Of a stretch of DNA of 64,000 bases, positions 45,340-58,400 are shown one piece after another. Source of the stretch: Oikopleura dioica (taxonomy: Eukaryota > Animalia > Chordata); the NCBI GenBank assembly GCA_907165135.1, contig OU015569.1, forward strand, positions 2,976,001 to 3,040,000, written 5' to 3'. The position numbers were made by a program, and so were the translations under genes. Below the pieces are notes generated by a model. The model was not told where the DNA came from, made no database searches, and worked only from the letters and a program-made list of their open reading frames with translations. Position 1 is the first letter of the stretch. Each line of letters begins with the position of its first letter.

Positions 45340-47447
45340 AACTTTACCGAAAAGAAAGAGCGTCGAAAGATAAGGACAATGTACAAGATTTTCTATTTTA
45401 TTTTCTGGGCGGTTGGTTTTTTGTATACGTTACGCACGGGTGCAAAGATATAGTTACTTAAAAATAGTCAAGTCTTTGAAATCTTCCTCTTTATTGCCCT
45501 TTCCAGACAACATTCAAAACAATATATTTCTCTTTCTCCAGCGAGAAAGCACAATAACTCAAGCAGATATAACCAACACTTCATTTAGGTCGAGAACTCA
45601 CGTGTTTACTTATCATTAATCTGAGCCATAATGAGTTCTTTCTAGCAGCGTCGAATTTCCCCAAAATTGTAATCTGCGCCGATTCAACTCATTCTCGCAA
45701 GAAACTAATTGAGCATTTTCCGAACGTCTCCAACGAGCTGGTAGAGCGCCTGTACGGCCATGAAATTCCGCGACATAATCGTGACATTTGGGTGTTGAAG
45801 AGCATGTATCCAGATGTGATCAACAGGGATCAATTAAAAAGTATTCTTCTACGAGAATCAAACGAGAAGGGCTGGTCTGAAGTGAAAGATCTAAGTGAGA
45901 TGGGCGTTTGAAGCTTCTTATTTTTTGTTCAGTTTTATTGAAGAAATAAACTTATTAAGATCTGACGGAGTTTTTTCAAACAACGACGACGAAGTACTAC
46001 ATTTTGGAATGCCGCCTTCAGAACATCAACTGCTCAGGCTTGTGGAAGCGTATCTGGACGTTGATGGGGCTGTGTCTCGAGTTGGACGTTCAAAAAGCAC
46101 ACGAGTTGGAAAGAAAGAGGCTGACACTCAATCGACAGGCCGCAACGCTTTTGTCACGCTCGTAAGTTAGCGGGAAATATTCTTTGCTTCTCAATTGAGT
46201 TCTCAAGAATGCAGAATATCGGGCGCCGGCAAGAAACAGACAAGGAGTACGACCGACCGAGCATCATTAAACAGTTAGATTTGACGGCAAGAGAATTTTT
46301 TCATTTCTAAAAAAAGATATTCCCTCATAGGTGGGTTACAATCACTCAGACTCGACCTTCGGCTGGAAAGGGTACAAAAACGCGCTGACAATTTATTATA
46401 TGCACTCGAACGAGAATTTCATGCGCGGCTCGCAAAGACTATTTTAGTGCGTCAGTGTTGAGTTGTTTGAATATTGAGCGCGCTCAGCCGTTGAAAGCAA
46501 GGAGGAGCATTCATACTCGCTCGTTCCCGGCCTAACTCCCGTCGTCAGCGTCAAGAATGTCAGAACAGTCCTTCTAGGTAAACCGTACACTCAGTGCATA
46601 GAAGATATCAGTTACACCACGCAAGGATGTCTCTACGGGTAATTAGCAAGCGTCGATTCTAAATCATAACCATCGCAATTAGGAAATTGCTGGATAGAAT
46701 CGTGCGCATGTGCCAGTGCTATCCAAGCTACGCGGAAGATGGCAAAAAGTTGAAAAAGAAATTTTCTGTAAGCTTCGACACTCTTGGGAAAAAAATAATA
46801 GGCTTATTTAAAAAGACGGTGGACGAGTGTAACTTTTATCTTCATGCGACGTGCGTTTCTTTTGTCAAGGTTTGATGCCATTTTTAAAAGCCCAGCTTGT
46901 TGACATCTACTTTCTAAGGAGCAGTTCGACCAAACCGAAGTCACCTGTGAACCTGCCTGCTACCAGGACTCCATTCATCAAGAATCTATTCCTGGGCTTT
47001 CGAAAAACTGAAAAAAAGGTTTTCGAAAGATTCATTTTTGAAAGCCCGAAAATTCACTACTCAAAAATGGATGACAAAAAGATCGATTTTCTTCAAGTAA
47101 CACGAAAAACTTCAAATCAACTGAATCTTATCTCCACGCAGCTCAAAATGGCCGAGGTTGTTGGAACGATTTATCAAGGTACTCCCGGTCACCATCATTA
47201 TTTTAATGGCAAAAAAAAATAAGAAAGGCCAAATTACACGATCAACGAGCTGGTGGCGGATATCGGCGGGTCATTAGGCCTCGTTCTCGGGCTTTCTATG
47301 ATCGACATGTTGGTGTTTGGAAGAGCCGTCTTCCGAATTCTACAGCGAAAGTGTAACGCAATTCTTAGCACTCGCCACGATCTACGTGCCTTTTTATTTC
47401 CAAAGAAGATTGCTGCGACCTCCAGGGAAGGGGTTCCTGTTTCTTAG
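45340..47447 (+). CDS. DEG/ENaC (ASIC-like) sodium channel subunit, divergent (5' end approximate)
   Basis: Putative TM1 FLFIFWAVGFLYTL, post-TM1 FPKIVICADSTHSR, Cys-rich thumb (IVRMCQCYPSY, DECNFYLHATCV, TCEPACY) and TM2 INELVADIGGSLGLVLGLSMIDML with the GxS filter. Confidence 0.78.
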
Positions 47448-47780
47448 GTTTTATATCTTCTTTTGAAATAAAAATGAGAAGACTATTAAAAATGAAAATC
47501 CAATAAGAAATACGACCGCTACTTTTTCTTCCATCGAAGAGCTAGAAAGATCTCCTGGAAGCGCTAGAAGACCGATTCCGAACCAGGAACTGACGCGAGA
47601 ATTAATTTAGCAAACCCTTCTATGATTTTCTCTCAGTCATAATAAGTCTTCATCAACAGCGCTTTCAATAACCAGCTACAAGGAATTAGAAACAAAAGCG
47701 ATTCTTACAAACTTGTGACTTCTGCTTTCGAATTGAAAACACATAATTTATGTTACTGACATTCTTACTGTATTACAAAG

Positions 47781-49020
47781 CTAGTAACTACCAGGATAGA
47801 CGCCTGGCACAGAGATGTTTCTATAGACGGAGCGGACTCGCTGAAGTTGGTTAGGTTCACCGGTATTCTCTAAATTTTGTTTTTTAAAACATTTCCGAGA
47901 ATCTTTTTACCTCTAAAGAAATAGAGCTTTTTGGTTAACGTCTGTTGGTGTGATCCTTTCATGTATTGCCCAGCTGGTCCTTAAAAGAAAAAGTTAGACT
48001 CTAGAAATAGTTGCTTTCGTACCGATCGGTATTTTCTCATTTTCTATGTAGCGCTGGACATAGAGCAAAATCTCGTAGAGGTCACAATTAGCCCCGTACT
48101 TGTTCAGCGCCCGGTTGAGAATCTCCACATATGGGACCATCATATTTCCATAATTCCGAACTGAAACAAATGTGAAAACATTTCCGACGAGTTAAAAATT
48201 TAGCTCACCTGCGACTTCCCCAGATACGGTAGCAAAGGACGTGATTGTATTCGAAAGCCGATTGGGAATAGCATCGCTTCCGTAGCAGCACTAGAAGGAG
48301 GCACTAGAATCAGACGCTAAAAAGCAAAAAGAAACCTGAGAAAAGACGACTAGTGGAATCTTTGGACTTCCACTGGCGCTTGCGATTTTATCCATGCAAT
48401 TTCTGAGAGACATCAGTTCTCTCTGAATGTCGAATTCTGGCTCATCAGCTGTTCAAGCGATGAAAATCGGTGTTTTTACAGAATCATTATGATTCTTTTA
48501 CGATAAAAAATGATTTTTGACGCGTTCATAAAACAATGCAGCCTTGATAGTTGGGCCCGGGTGCATGGCTGGATACAAAAATCATAACCATATCTGTGTC
48601 TTTTGTGGATTGAATTTTGACCGTAAATTGACGGTCCAAGATTGCCACGATTAGTTTAGAAAAGAATCAATCCGTTTCTTCACAGAGTTGTTCTTTCAAG
48701 CATTGAAAATCCGCTCGTACCTCTGCTTCAGTCGCGTTCCGCCTTTAAATTCACCGTAGAGGTGCTCGTATAAATGTAGTTTACCGAAAACTGACTGAAG
48801 AAAACCCAAGTTTTTCTTCTGCTAATTTCTGAAACTCCTGAGTTGATTTCCAGGTGCCGATTCTATCGGGTACTTTTCCATCAAAAGTCTCCACATTTAT
48901 TCCCAGTACCAGCCTCTTCATAGTCACGCGGTACTCTGTCTCTAAATCCAAGCGATAACAGAATGACAGTCTTTTGTAAAGCAGTTTACCTGGCCTTCTC
49001 TTCGATCTACGTGGCTCCAT
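47781..49020 (-). CDS. Divergent caspase-family cysteine protease with no recognisable prodomain
   Basis: RLVLGINVETFDGKVPDRIGTWKSTQEFQKLAEEKLGFS (p20 start with R..GT), MVMIFVSSHA (catalytic His at 48565-48567), PLVVFSQ|CCYGS (QACxG equivalent, split by intron 48291-48335), ITSFATVSGEVAVRN..YVEILNRAL..DLYEILLYVQ and QTLTKKLYFF (p10 end). The C-terminal end is uncertain. Confidence 0.82.
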
Positions 49021-49158
49021 TACGTTAATATTTTTGCGATTGTCGTAATGTCCGTAAAAATTCTCGCAGTTGTAAGTGACAGCTGGCAGGCCGGAATTCT
49101 GATAGCCACCACGCTAAATCGAAAGATAAGACTTAGTATTGGAGAAAAATTCTGCGAG

Positions 49159-49379
49159 GACGGACGGTGCCGGTACCAATCCAAAATTGGTACCCGGTAC
49201 CAAATTTCTGGTACCCGGTACCAAAAAAATGTCAGGATACCGAGCCAAAAAGGTGTATTTGGTCAATTAATGAAGTTTTCTTACACTTCAGCCGCGGAGC
49301 GGACATAAGTTTTTTGATAGGTCAGAAAAAATGTTTGACTTTGGTACCGGGTACCAATTTGGTACCGGCAGCGTCCGTC
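49159..49379. mobile_element. MITE with GGTACC-rich subterminal palindromes, just upstream of the caspase ATG
   Basis: TIR GACGGACG(G/C)TGCCGGTACCAA at both ends, with repeated TTGGTACCCGGTACCAA units inside. Confidence 0.8.
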
Positions 49380-49469
49380 TCCCAAATTCTGATACCTGAA
49401 TATTACAGCAGCTGTATGTGTTGTTGACGCAAAAAGAACCCTGTCCTTTTTTGAGATAGAGTATGATTC

Positions 49470-50480
49470 CTAAAAGGGGAGTTGTTGAGTGGGTACTGAA
49501 TATAACAAAAGACGCAAAAGCCCTGTAATCCAGGGCCTAGATGAAGTTAAGCACTTTTTGCTCAGTACCCCATTATGATTAGACTTCAATTTGCCAAGCA
49601 TACCGATCAAAATAACCAAAACGACTGCAGGAACAACAAGGAAGATAACGTCGAAGTCCGTTTCTTCATTCTCGCAATCCGCGGCGCAGTCTTTGTAGCA
49701 ACCACATGTCACTAAAAACCAAGTCATTGTCGGTTCAATAAGTTGATATCTACGGTAAAAGCCAGTTCCAGCCTTCTGTGCGTTCATTTTCATGTCATCT
49801 GCTGCTTTTTTGATGAAAGCATCGATGAGCGAGGAGCTTCCGTTGAACTCGATCGTTATGTATATCTGCGTATGCGTTTTCTCCTCGTTCTGACGCCTGG
49901 TTCAAATAATATTGAAGGGATTAATTTTTTTTCTTCTAAAAATACTTTGAGCCAGTGTCTTTACTTTGCGAACGCCTTCGACGCTGACCGCTTTAATGTG
50001 AGTCGGATTGGGCTGAAACTCCTTCGGAATTTCAAAATATTTATTCATTTCGTTGTTGGACTCGTCCGCGTGCAAATACTTCAAATCCTTAAAGCAGTTA
50101 GTTAGCGAAAATAAATCATATGCAATAAATGAGGGCAAAAGCTTCCCAGTCATTCAAGCGAAAATAGTTTTTCTCCGCGCTTGGGCAATTTTAAAGATAA
50201 ATAATAAAAAACAAAAAGAAAGCGAACTTACCTGGTTGACGTCGAAAATAACTTTAACTTCCTCTACTGCATTCTCCGTAGGAATAACACGGACGTTATT
50301 ACAATTCTCTCCGTTGCAGCTGCAGTTTGTCTTGCAGTCATCACATTCCAAGCATTCGAAAAAGTGTCCTGACTGTTTAAAAAGGATTAAAAACAAATCT
50401 TCAAAATATGTTTGAAATAATTAAGCCCTTTCCTTGACGATGAAAATTCCAAGGGAACTCGCAAGAAGCAAGAAACTCAT
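49470..50480 (-). CDS. Probable type I membrane protein with small Cys-rich extracellular modules
   Basis: Signal-like MSFLLLASSLGIFIV, exon FFECLECDDCKTNCSCNGENCNN, and a final exon VTCGCYKDCAADC followed by TM VIFLVVPAVVLVILIGML. Exon joining is inferred. Confidence 0.45.
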
Positions 50481-50529
50481 CAAAAGCAAGCTTGAAAATA
50501 TTTTATAAACCACTTTGGCCCTGAAAACG

Positions 50530-50978
50530 TTACATGATCCGAAAGGCGAATATTTTTCTTCTTCTTGCTTTGTACTTGATCCAAAGAGGGTCGTATACGT
50601 CGTTCCACCACATATCCTTGTCGTGTAAGGTGCACCAGGCAGGAATTAGCACTTCGACCTTTTCTGCCTTCTCTTCAATCGGTTGGTCTTCATTGCTCGC
50701 TAATCTCGGAAAACATTCGTGCTCTGGTATCTTCTCAGCTACTAATTTTTCACTTGGGAACACATCATCAAACTTATCTCGTCCTTGGTAAACCTAGAAT
50801 TCGGATTAGCCATTTGAAACAGAAATAAAAGAAATCTCACCAGTGGATACTCCGGATTGTCGAATTGATCCTTGATCGCCTGTTCATAATCCGGTGGGTC
50901 AAAGCCAGTAATGACCTTCTTCGGTTTCTCATCTAAAATATGGTTCAGTATTCTTGACTGATTGGTCTTGATTTTCAT
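50530..50978 (-). CDS. Unknown small protein
   Basis: Adjacent ORFs ..GFDPPDYEQAIKDQFDNPEYPL and ..IPEHECFPRL..AWCTLHDKDMWWNDVYDPLWIKYKARR with protein-like composition. No family recognised. Confidence 0.35.
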
Positions 50979-51679
50979 TTTTATCTACCATCTGCGTCTC
51001 CTCTTTTGATTGCCATCTTTCGAGGGTCTCACTGAGAAGGTAAGTCTAAACTCGCTTCAGCGAACCTTCAAGGTACTTATCTCTCGTTCTATCGAGTCTG
51101 GCGCCATCAAGCGTGTTAGAAGAGAACGAAGAAAAGAATACACATTTACGCTACAGTGCGGCTACAAGAATAGTCAATCAATTCCAAATCAGCCTGTATA
51201 AGATATGTTTTTGCCTGTTCTCATAACAAAAGCCAAACGGTTTATAAACCTCATGTTACTATCAATTCTAATAGCTCAACCTCAGATTAATTATGTACTA
51301 CTTAAAGAACCAACACAAAAAAAACTACGCTTCTTGTCTCTAGACTCTAAATTTACAACAAGTTGTTATTCTTAAAAAAAACAACAACCAAACTCTGCCA
51401 AAAAAAACTCTCCAAAACTGCTTCTAAGCCTCTTAAAAATCAACGTTTTTGGATGTTTCAGTTAAATTTTATTCGGCGTACATGCGAGAAATAAAATAGA
51501 GAATGTGCGAAAGGCATGAAAATGTTGAAGCACAGTTAGAAAGTGATCTGGGAGACGGTGTTCTTGCTCTTGTTGCGAGCGAAGGAGCTAGCTTTTCAAA
51601 GGATAAAAGCAAATTGTAATTTACATCATGTCAATTCGTTCTACAAGATTTTAAACTACGCTCGATTGCTTTGCCTATC

Positions 51680-52058
51680 TATATACTCTAGGACTATTTT
51701 ATCCTTTCCTGACTCATCATAAGCCTCAGTGTTTGTAGCAGAGTCAGCGGTCTTGACTGCGGCCTGGACGGCGGAAGTAGCGACGCCACCGGCGCTGAGA
51801 AGCGGAGCCACTTCGACCTTTTTTGGAGCAGCAGCGGTAGTTTTTGGCGCAGGGGGATCTTCGCCAAAGAAAATGTTGCTAAAACACGCTTTATTAAAGA
51901 TGGAGGAATATTCTATGATGATAGATTTGGACTCCTATTTTATTACAAAAATCCTGAATATAAGGTACTTACGATCGGCCTCCGGGTGGAGCAAGGACTC
52001 GGGAAGTGTTGCGGGACATGCCGGCCATGGTATTGTTGTTAATCTGTCGATCCATCTG
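51680..52058 (-). CDS. Small A/T/P-rich low-complexity protein
   Basis: MDRQINNNTMAGMSRNTSRVLAPPGGRS with a GTAAGT donor, then exon EDPPAPKTTAAAPKKVEVAPLLSAGGVATSAVQAAVKTADSATNTEA. Confidence 0.4.
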
Positions 52059-52426
52059 GTTTCTGCGATTTGCGACTGTCTTGCTTTTCGGTTTTTTGAA
52101 AGTGACGAAAGAAATGGCGCGTGCCACTGAAATCAACGACGATTCTAGAGATCGCAAGCAAAAATTTTTTTCGAAAACACCTTTTTTCACTATTTTTTTC
52201 GCATGTGAAACTGACAAACAACTGTTTACACAACCAAAGTCAGTTTATTCTAGCGATATAGATATTTTTCAAGACCTTTTATTATATCTTTTATAATAGC
52301 ATATTCACTGAAAGCATTTTCCGTATATTCTATAGTTTATTTTGAAGCAAAGCAGAGTCGGACTATCTTGGCGATTTCAAGGGTGTAGCGCGTTTTCTGT
52401 AATGATAAGTACTCTGTGGCAGAAAT

Positions 52427-55400
52427 TTACAATTGCGTGTATTTCACGTCGATGCTGGGAACGAGATCTGGAACTTCTTCGATGTCGCCTATCTAAAATT
52501 GAGCTTGGTTTCATTTTCAGCAAGAATTTCTCACGTGTTTTGGGTCATCTGTGGCGCGCGTTTTGCGCCAGTCGGAGGTAGAACGCGCAAACGTCGACTT
52601 TCTACCGCTAAAGTCGAAGTGCTCGAAGGTTTCGCCGTGGTTTAGTGAGACGCCCATGGCTGTGTTCTGTCGGCTACCATCTGAGGTCTACTTTCCGGGC
52701 TCAGAGGAGAATGCAAGGAGAAATAATTGGCAGTATAAGTTCTGTGGAAGGAAATGAGGCCAAACTTTTATTTGAATCTGAGCCCTAAATAATAGCCAGA
52801 ACTCTGCTTCGAGCTCGCACTAATCTTCGGCATTGTTCTTTCCGCGGCCAGAAAGTTTGAAGGCTGTTCGGGAGCCAGCCCGCCAAGGAAATTCCTTCCC
52901 TAGTTCAAATTACATTCCGTGACTTTGCGAAGAAAACTTACAGTATCACTTATTTCTATTATTTGAGGGCTTTCGCCAAAACAAACTGAAGGCATTGTTT
53001 TCCTTCTTTTTCCAGTTTCGAAAACATCGTCCTAAATTTGAAGGTTTTCATTACTCATAACAAAGATGTTCTCTTTTTAGTGAATTTCTCTAAAGAGACT
53101 AGCAGTTCACGTTAATAACTTACGTCTGTTTCGATGAAATTAGAACGGCCAGTGTTGTTTCTGGAATGATTTTGCGTGCCTTGTCCCGACTGTCTCCCGT
53201 ACGAGTTCATATTGCCCGATGATCTTTTTGCCGAGTTTCCTTCCGTAATCGTGTTTCTATCCTGTTTTCTAGCGTGCTTTCGGGCTCCGCCGACTGGAGG
53301 CTTCATGATGCTGCTTTGTGGATAGTCTCCGCCGAAAGATTCCAGCGCGTTTATTTGCTCCACTAACCAGTAGCAATCCATTTCGCCTCTTCCTGAAAAT
53401 GAGCTCATTCTCTAGCCCTTTCCGAATCTGAGAAAACCTTTCAAATGAACCTTTCCACGTGATTCAAGATGAAACATGTTGGTTTGAACCAATTCTGCAT
53501 ACGCCTCGCTCGACACGTGAATTTTGAGCTCTTTTCCGTTTGACTTCATTCTGCTGGCCGTGTTGACTGTATCTCCAAAGAGGCAGTATCTGGGCATTTT
53601 TTGGCCAACTACACCCGCAACTAAGCTCCCTAAAAATTCATTTAAATTATTTTTTTATTCTCGTTCTCTTCCTTGATTTCTGAACACTGACCTGAGTGAA
53701 AACCAATTCTCAGATTCTTTAGCCAGAGAACATCGTCAGAATTAGGATCCATCTTATTCAGTTCGACTTTTACATTTTTCATAAGTTCGAGGGAAAATTT
53801 GGCGATTTCGCCGGCGTAATATCCCGGCGGCGGGTTTTCAAGCGGCTCGGGTAGGCCAGAAACGACCATGTAATCTCGAATAAACTGTAAGAATCGATGA
53901 GAAATGCACTTTACTTACCGGCTCCGATCGTCTCGACTTTGTAAATGTCTTTAAAGCGCTCTGTGATGGAGTCGAAAAGAGTATACAGCTGGTCAAGCAT
54001 GGAGACGATCTCCTTAGGACGCGATTCTAGGCATTTCGTAATTTGGGCGAAATTAACAATGTCGGAGAAGAAGACCGTAGCATTGTCAAACTGGCGAGGC
54101 TTAATTGGCCGACCATTCTGAATTTTTGACCGTTCAAATTTGATCTCGCAATTTAGGACGCACCTTCATATCATCCGCAACGCACTTTGGCAGCATTCTA
54201 TACAATAGATCATCTGCGCGTTCTTTCTCCTTTTTGTACTGAATCGTTCTTTCTTCGACAAGATCTTCCAAATGGCAAGAATAGTCTTCCATCCTGTCCA
54301 TGAGCGAGTCCACAAGAGATGATGCTTGCATCTTGGACACAAGTCCTTTAATTATTTGCTCGCTGTCTGACTTTTTCAAACGCTCGTCTGGATTTTTTGT
54401 CCAACAACCTTAAGATAATCATTGTTTATGAATATATTCCTAGAAGTTTTGAAGCTAACCTTCGACCATTGCTTTTAATGTCGGAGAAACGGTGAAAACA
54501 TCTGCGTCTTCCACAGAAAATCTGTCCGGGCGTTCAATATCGTCCAAAAATGGCTGCGAATCGGACTTGGATGCTTCTTTGCGAAACATTCGCTTGATGA
54601 TGTTCTGCGGGCGAGTAAATTCGAAATTCTCTGGCTCTTCGGAATCAGGGCCAAGCCAGAAGAGCCCCTTGCGATACATGATCTCGTGGCAAATAATGCC
54701 GAAGGAGTACATATCCGCGCTTTGCTCTCGTTTCACCTTATCCCTACTCTCAATTTGAATGCTGTCGTAGGTCGACTTTGACGTTGACTTGAAGAGCTGA
54801 ATAACATTTAGAAATAAAACGTTTTCCTTGAGTCTATTTCTACCTCTGAACATTCTAGCATGAGCTTTTCTGGAGCCATCCACAGCAATGCCTGGTAATA
54901 AGCATCAGTTTTTGACTCTTCTTTTTTCAGCCTTTCCTCTTTTCGCGCATGTCGCACGGGATCGAGCAAACTTGCCAGGCCAAAGTCGGTAAGTTTGACA
55001 GTCAGTCGCCCGTCGACGATGCAGTTTTGGGACTTGAGGTTGCCGTGAAAGCCCAAATTCGACTCGCGGTGAATTGCGCTCAATCCTTGAATAACGTCTA
55101 GCATCAGGCAGCGTTTCATTTCCCAAGTAAGATTGAATTTGGACGTGTCTTTGTCTTCGAGGAGATCTTTGAGGGATCCTTTGGTTCCGAACTCGGTGAC
55201 TAGAGATGCTCGTACCTCCCCTTCTACACTGCATGAGTACACGCCGTAGATCTTGGCTATGTGATTATGCTGCAGTTGAACAAGATGACGCAGCTCGCTT
55301 ATGACGCCAAGAGTATTCAGCGACTTCGGCAAATTGTCGATTTCCGGCGACAGTCGCTTCAAAGCGACAAAAGTGTCGGAGTAATACCCGGGAACAATTG

Positions 55401-58400
55401 TCTTTTATGGCCTTCGGCAAAAACTACAGTAAATTTCGAAAGGTCACGCGAATGCATTTTATGAAGTCATGAAGGAATTATTAATGGGAGGTTTAACTTT
55501 CCCAAGCGCAGAGAAAGCGCTTTCGAGGAAGTTCGAATTCTTTACGTATTACGTCTTAAAGACCTGCCTTAGATTTGGAAATAGGAAAGTCGCTCGAGAA
55601 AGAGGACGATAAAGATGAAACGCTGAGGTTTCGAGAGGATCGACTAAAGGACCTGATTCCACTGTAATAACTGTTGTTTGTTGTGGATGTAGGACGATTG
55701 TCGCGAATTTCCGGCTTGAGCTTGATCTCTGATTCCGGAATGATGATGACCAGACCCTTCGAGTCGTTTTTCTTCTTCCAGTTTTTATAGCAAAAGTAAC
55801 CCAGCCCAAGAGCGATAATAACGACGACTCCGACAGTGGTGATGATGCCGGCGAATGCACCCTTGGACAGATTCGTATTTCCAACGCACTTTGAGTTGTC
55901 GAGACCACATTTAGGGTTCCCACTCGGAGGCACTCCACCATTCCATAAAGACATAATTTCTTGAATAGAAATATCGCCAACTTCGGAGATCGTTTGCAAG
56001 CTCAATGCCCATTCGTCGTTTATTGACCGGAATACGTTGAAGTCCATCTGCTCGTCAGAATTTTTGTTCATAACGATTTTCTTGTCCGTCTGTTTGTAAC
56101 TAATCTCTACCCCGTCAAAAAAGCGAACCAAATCGTAAGGATCCGCGTCTCCACCGAGCTCGGACAGGGCCTGCGCGAAACCGTAGAAAGCGTCCGCGTA
56201 GCTCTCAGCAATCATGTTGATTTCTTCGTTTTGATCGTTATTTGGAGCACAGGATTCACTGATACTCGTTCGGAACGTTGTCGTTGCATCTTTTAGTGAA
56301 ATGACCTTTTCGAAAGTTTTTCATTGGAATACTAAATCGAAGCTCGAAGAAATACCAAAGAAAAGTAAGAGTAAGAGATCGCAGTTAGCGATAGTTTTCT
56401 TTTCTTATCGATTTGAAGCCGCTAGAATCTAATAATTATTCTTCGTCTCTGGAAGAATCTTTAGACGTAGAGCATGTGTCGTTTGTAAATGTTTAAGTAA
56501 AACTCTTTCTTGACAGCTTCGCGTACGCCGGTCGTCAACAAGGGCTCCTCGTTCAAGAGGAAACTTTTGTCGATGTAGGAAACATATGGATCCCAGTAAA
56601 AGATGGCCCAATCATCGGGGAACTCACGCGCGAACTCTTTAATCGCCACAAAATCCGTCATCGCCGAGGTGAACACTTCCGGCTCTACGCACCAGAGCTG
56701 TGCTCGGCTCTTATCGTGCAGCTTTCGAAGGAAATCTTCGCTTTCCTCAACCAGCACGTCTTTTATTAGTTTCATTTTTGTGTGCTTAGGTAATCTTTTT
56801 ATATCTAGTAATTAGGTGAAACTCTTTCCTAAAGTCGGTTCCTCGATGTAAAACGTCATGTTTGTCCTGTCTGTAATATCCCTAATTGCATTCAACAGCA
56901 TGTTGCAGTCCGAGGCGAACTGGAAGTCGTAAGGCATTCCGTGCTTGTCAACAGGGATAGTCACGCTTCCGACAGTATCACCAAGCGTTATCAACGCACT
57001 CTTCCACTCATGGCACTTTTGTTTACTTTGTTAAGAATTTAGAGCTCACAAATGTGCGCTTTATCGATTCCATTTTTACGTAGCTGTGAAAAGTAGGGCT
57101 TCGACTAAAATATGCCATGTTTATTATTCCGCCGCCCGTTAATCGCTTATTATTTTCGCCACGTTCTTATTGTCCTGTAATTGGACTTTCAAAGGTCCCC
57201 CTCATAATCGCCGCAAAAAACGATATTTACAGTCAAATAAGCTTCGAAGCGACAAAAGCCAATTAGCGTCTTTAATTAACAGGAAGGGTGGCAAGTGCCT
57301 GGAAGTGAAAAAATGTGCTGGTGTATATTTCAACGTGTTGATGGCGTATCCGCTGCCTTGCCCGTGTTTTTGCCCGCGTAAATCACGGTCATATTGTTCC
57401 AGCGCGGCGTTCCGGCGTTTTCCAGTAGACGGTTGTTGTAGTTGAACAGTTCTGCGAGGAAGTTCGTCACGATCCCTGTTCAAAAGATGCTCAAAAGTCA
57501 CGAGAAACGAACTCGAGAAAAATACAAATAAGCTGGTTTGGTGACAGTCGGAGAAATTAATGCCAGTAGCCCCCAATCCACTTGACTTTTACGACCTTTT
57601 CCTGAGGTGAGACCAGTTCGCACAGTATACGTACTGTCTGTAGAGTTGTCTTTGTTCTGGTAGGACTTGTTTCGCACGAAAGGGGCAAAGACGGGGACAC
57701 GCCAGGACTAAAAACGTCAGAATCTGCTGCAAACAGTACACAGAATACACACAAAGAGGTCAAATAAGCACACATTTATGCTGCTTCAAACTTGCCCTAG
57801 TGCGTCTTAGAATCTGATTTTCACGAATTTTCGACGAAAAAGACGATATTTCGACTGTTTAGCAAAAATGAATATTTACCTTAAAAATCGGCGCTGCTGG
57901 ATTATAGGCATTGTCGCATGTAAGTCCCACGTAAGCATCGTAACAAGGCGTCGAGTCGTTGTACCGATCGTTGACCATCGAATTAAGAGCAATCGAGGAC
58001 TTTCACGGGCGAATCAGACTGTAAAGCAGTGCAAATAGTTCTGCTGCAGCGTTTTTTCAGCGTGAATGTTCACCCGTTCCTGGCACTCGTCAAACATGAA
58101 ATCATAGTTAAACTTGAAGCCAAAATCTTCTTCAATTGTTTTGACCACACGATCTTTGAGGAGGGTTTAAAAATGACGATTGCAGTATTTTCGTACTGCT
58201 TATATTCTTGAAAGGTAAATAGCTTGGAAAAAATGTTTCCAAACTTGAAATTCAAACCCTAACCCAGAGCCGGTCTGAGAAAGCGCTCCTGATGGTAGTA
58301 GCAGCCTGTTGCATCGTCAGAAATGGCAAAGACGGCCAAGTTGTAATCAGTAGATGGCGTTCGCCCCTGGCAGACCTCGTCTATCTCGTTGTCAATCGTA
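52427..58400 (-). CDS. Receptor (membrane) guanylyl cyclase: ANF-receptor-type ectodomain, TM, kinase-homology domain, coiled coil and cyclase domain (5' end unresolved)
   Basis: Ectodomain exons ([21 protein letters not shown]; RWNNMTVIY; [12 protein letters not shown]), [29 protein letters not shown] ([61 protein letters not shown]), [61 protein letters not shown] and [21 protein letters not shown]. Confidence 0.93.

Noticed and set aside
47452-47600. Hydrophobic ORF (VAVVFLIGFSFLIVFSFLFQKKI*) that could give the caspase a membrane anchor
   Set aside because: No convincing in-frame splice from the caspase exons was found, and T-rich UTR sequence easily yields such peptides. Only cDNA could revive this idea.
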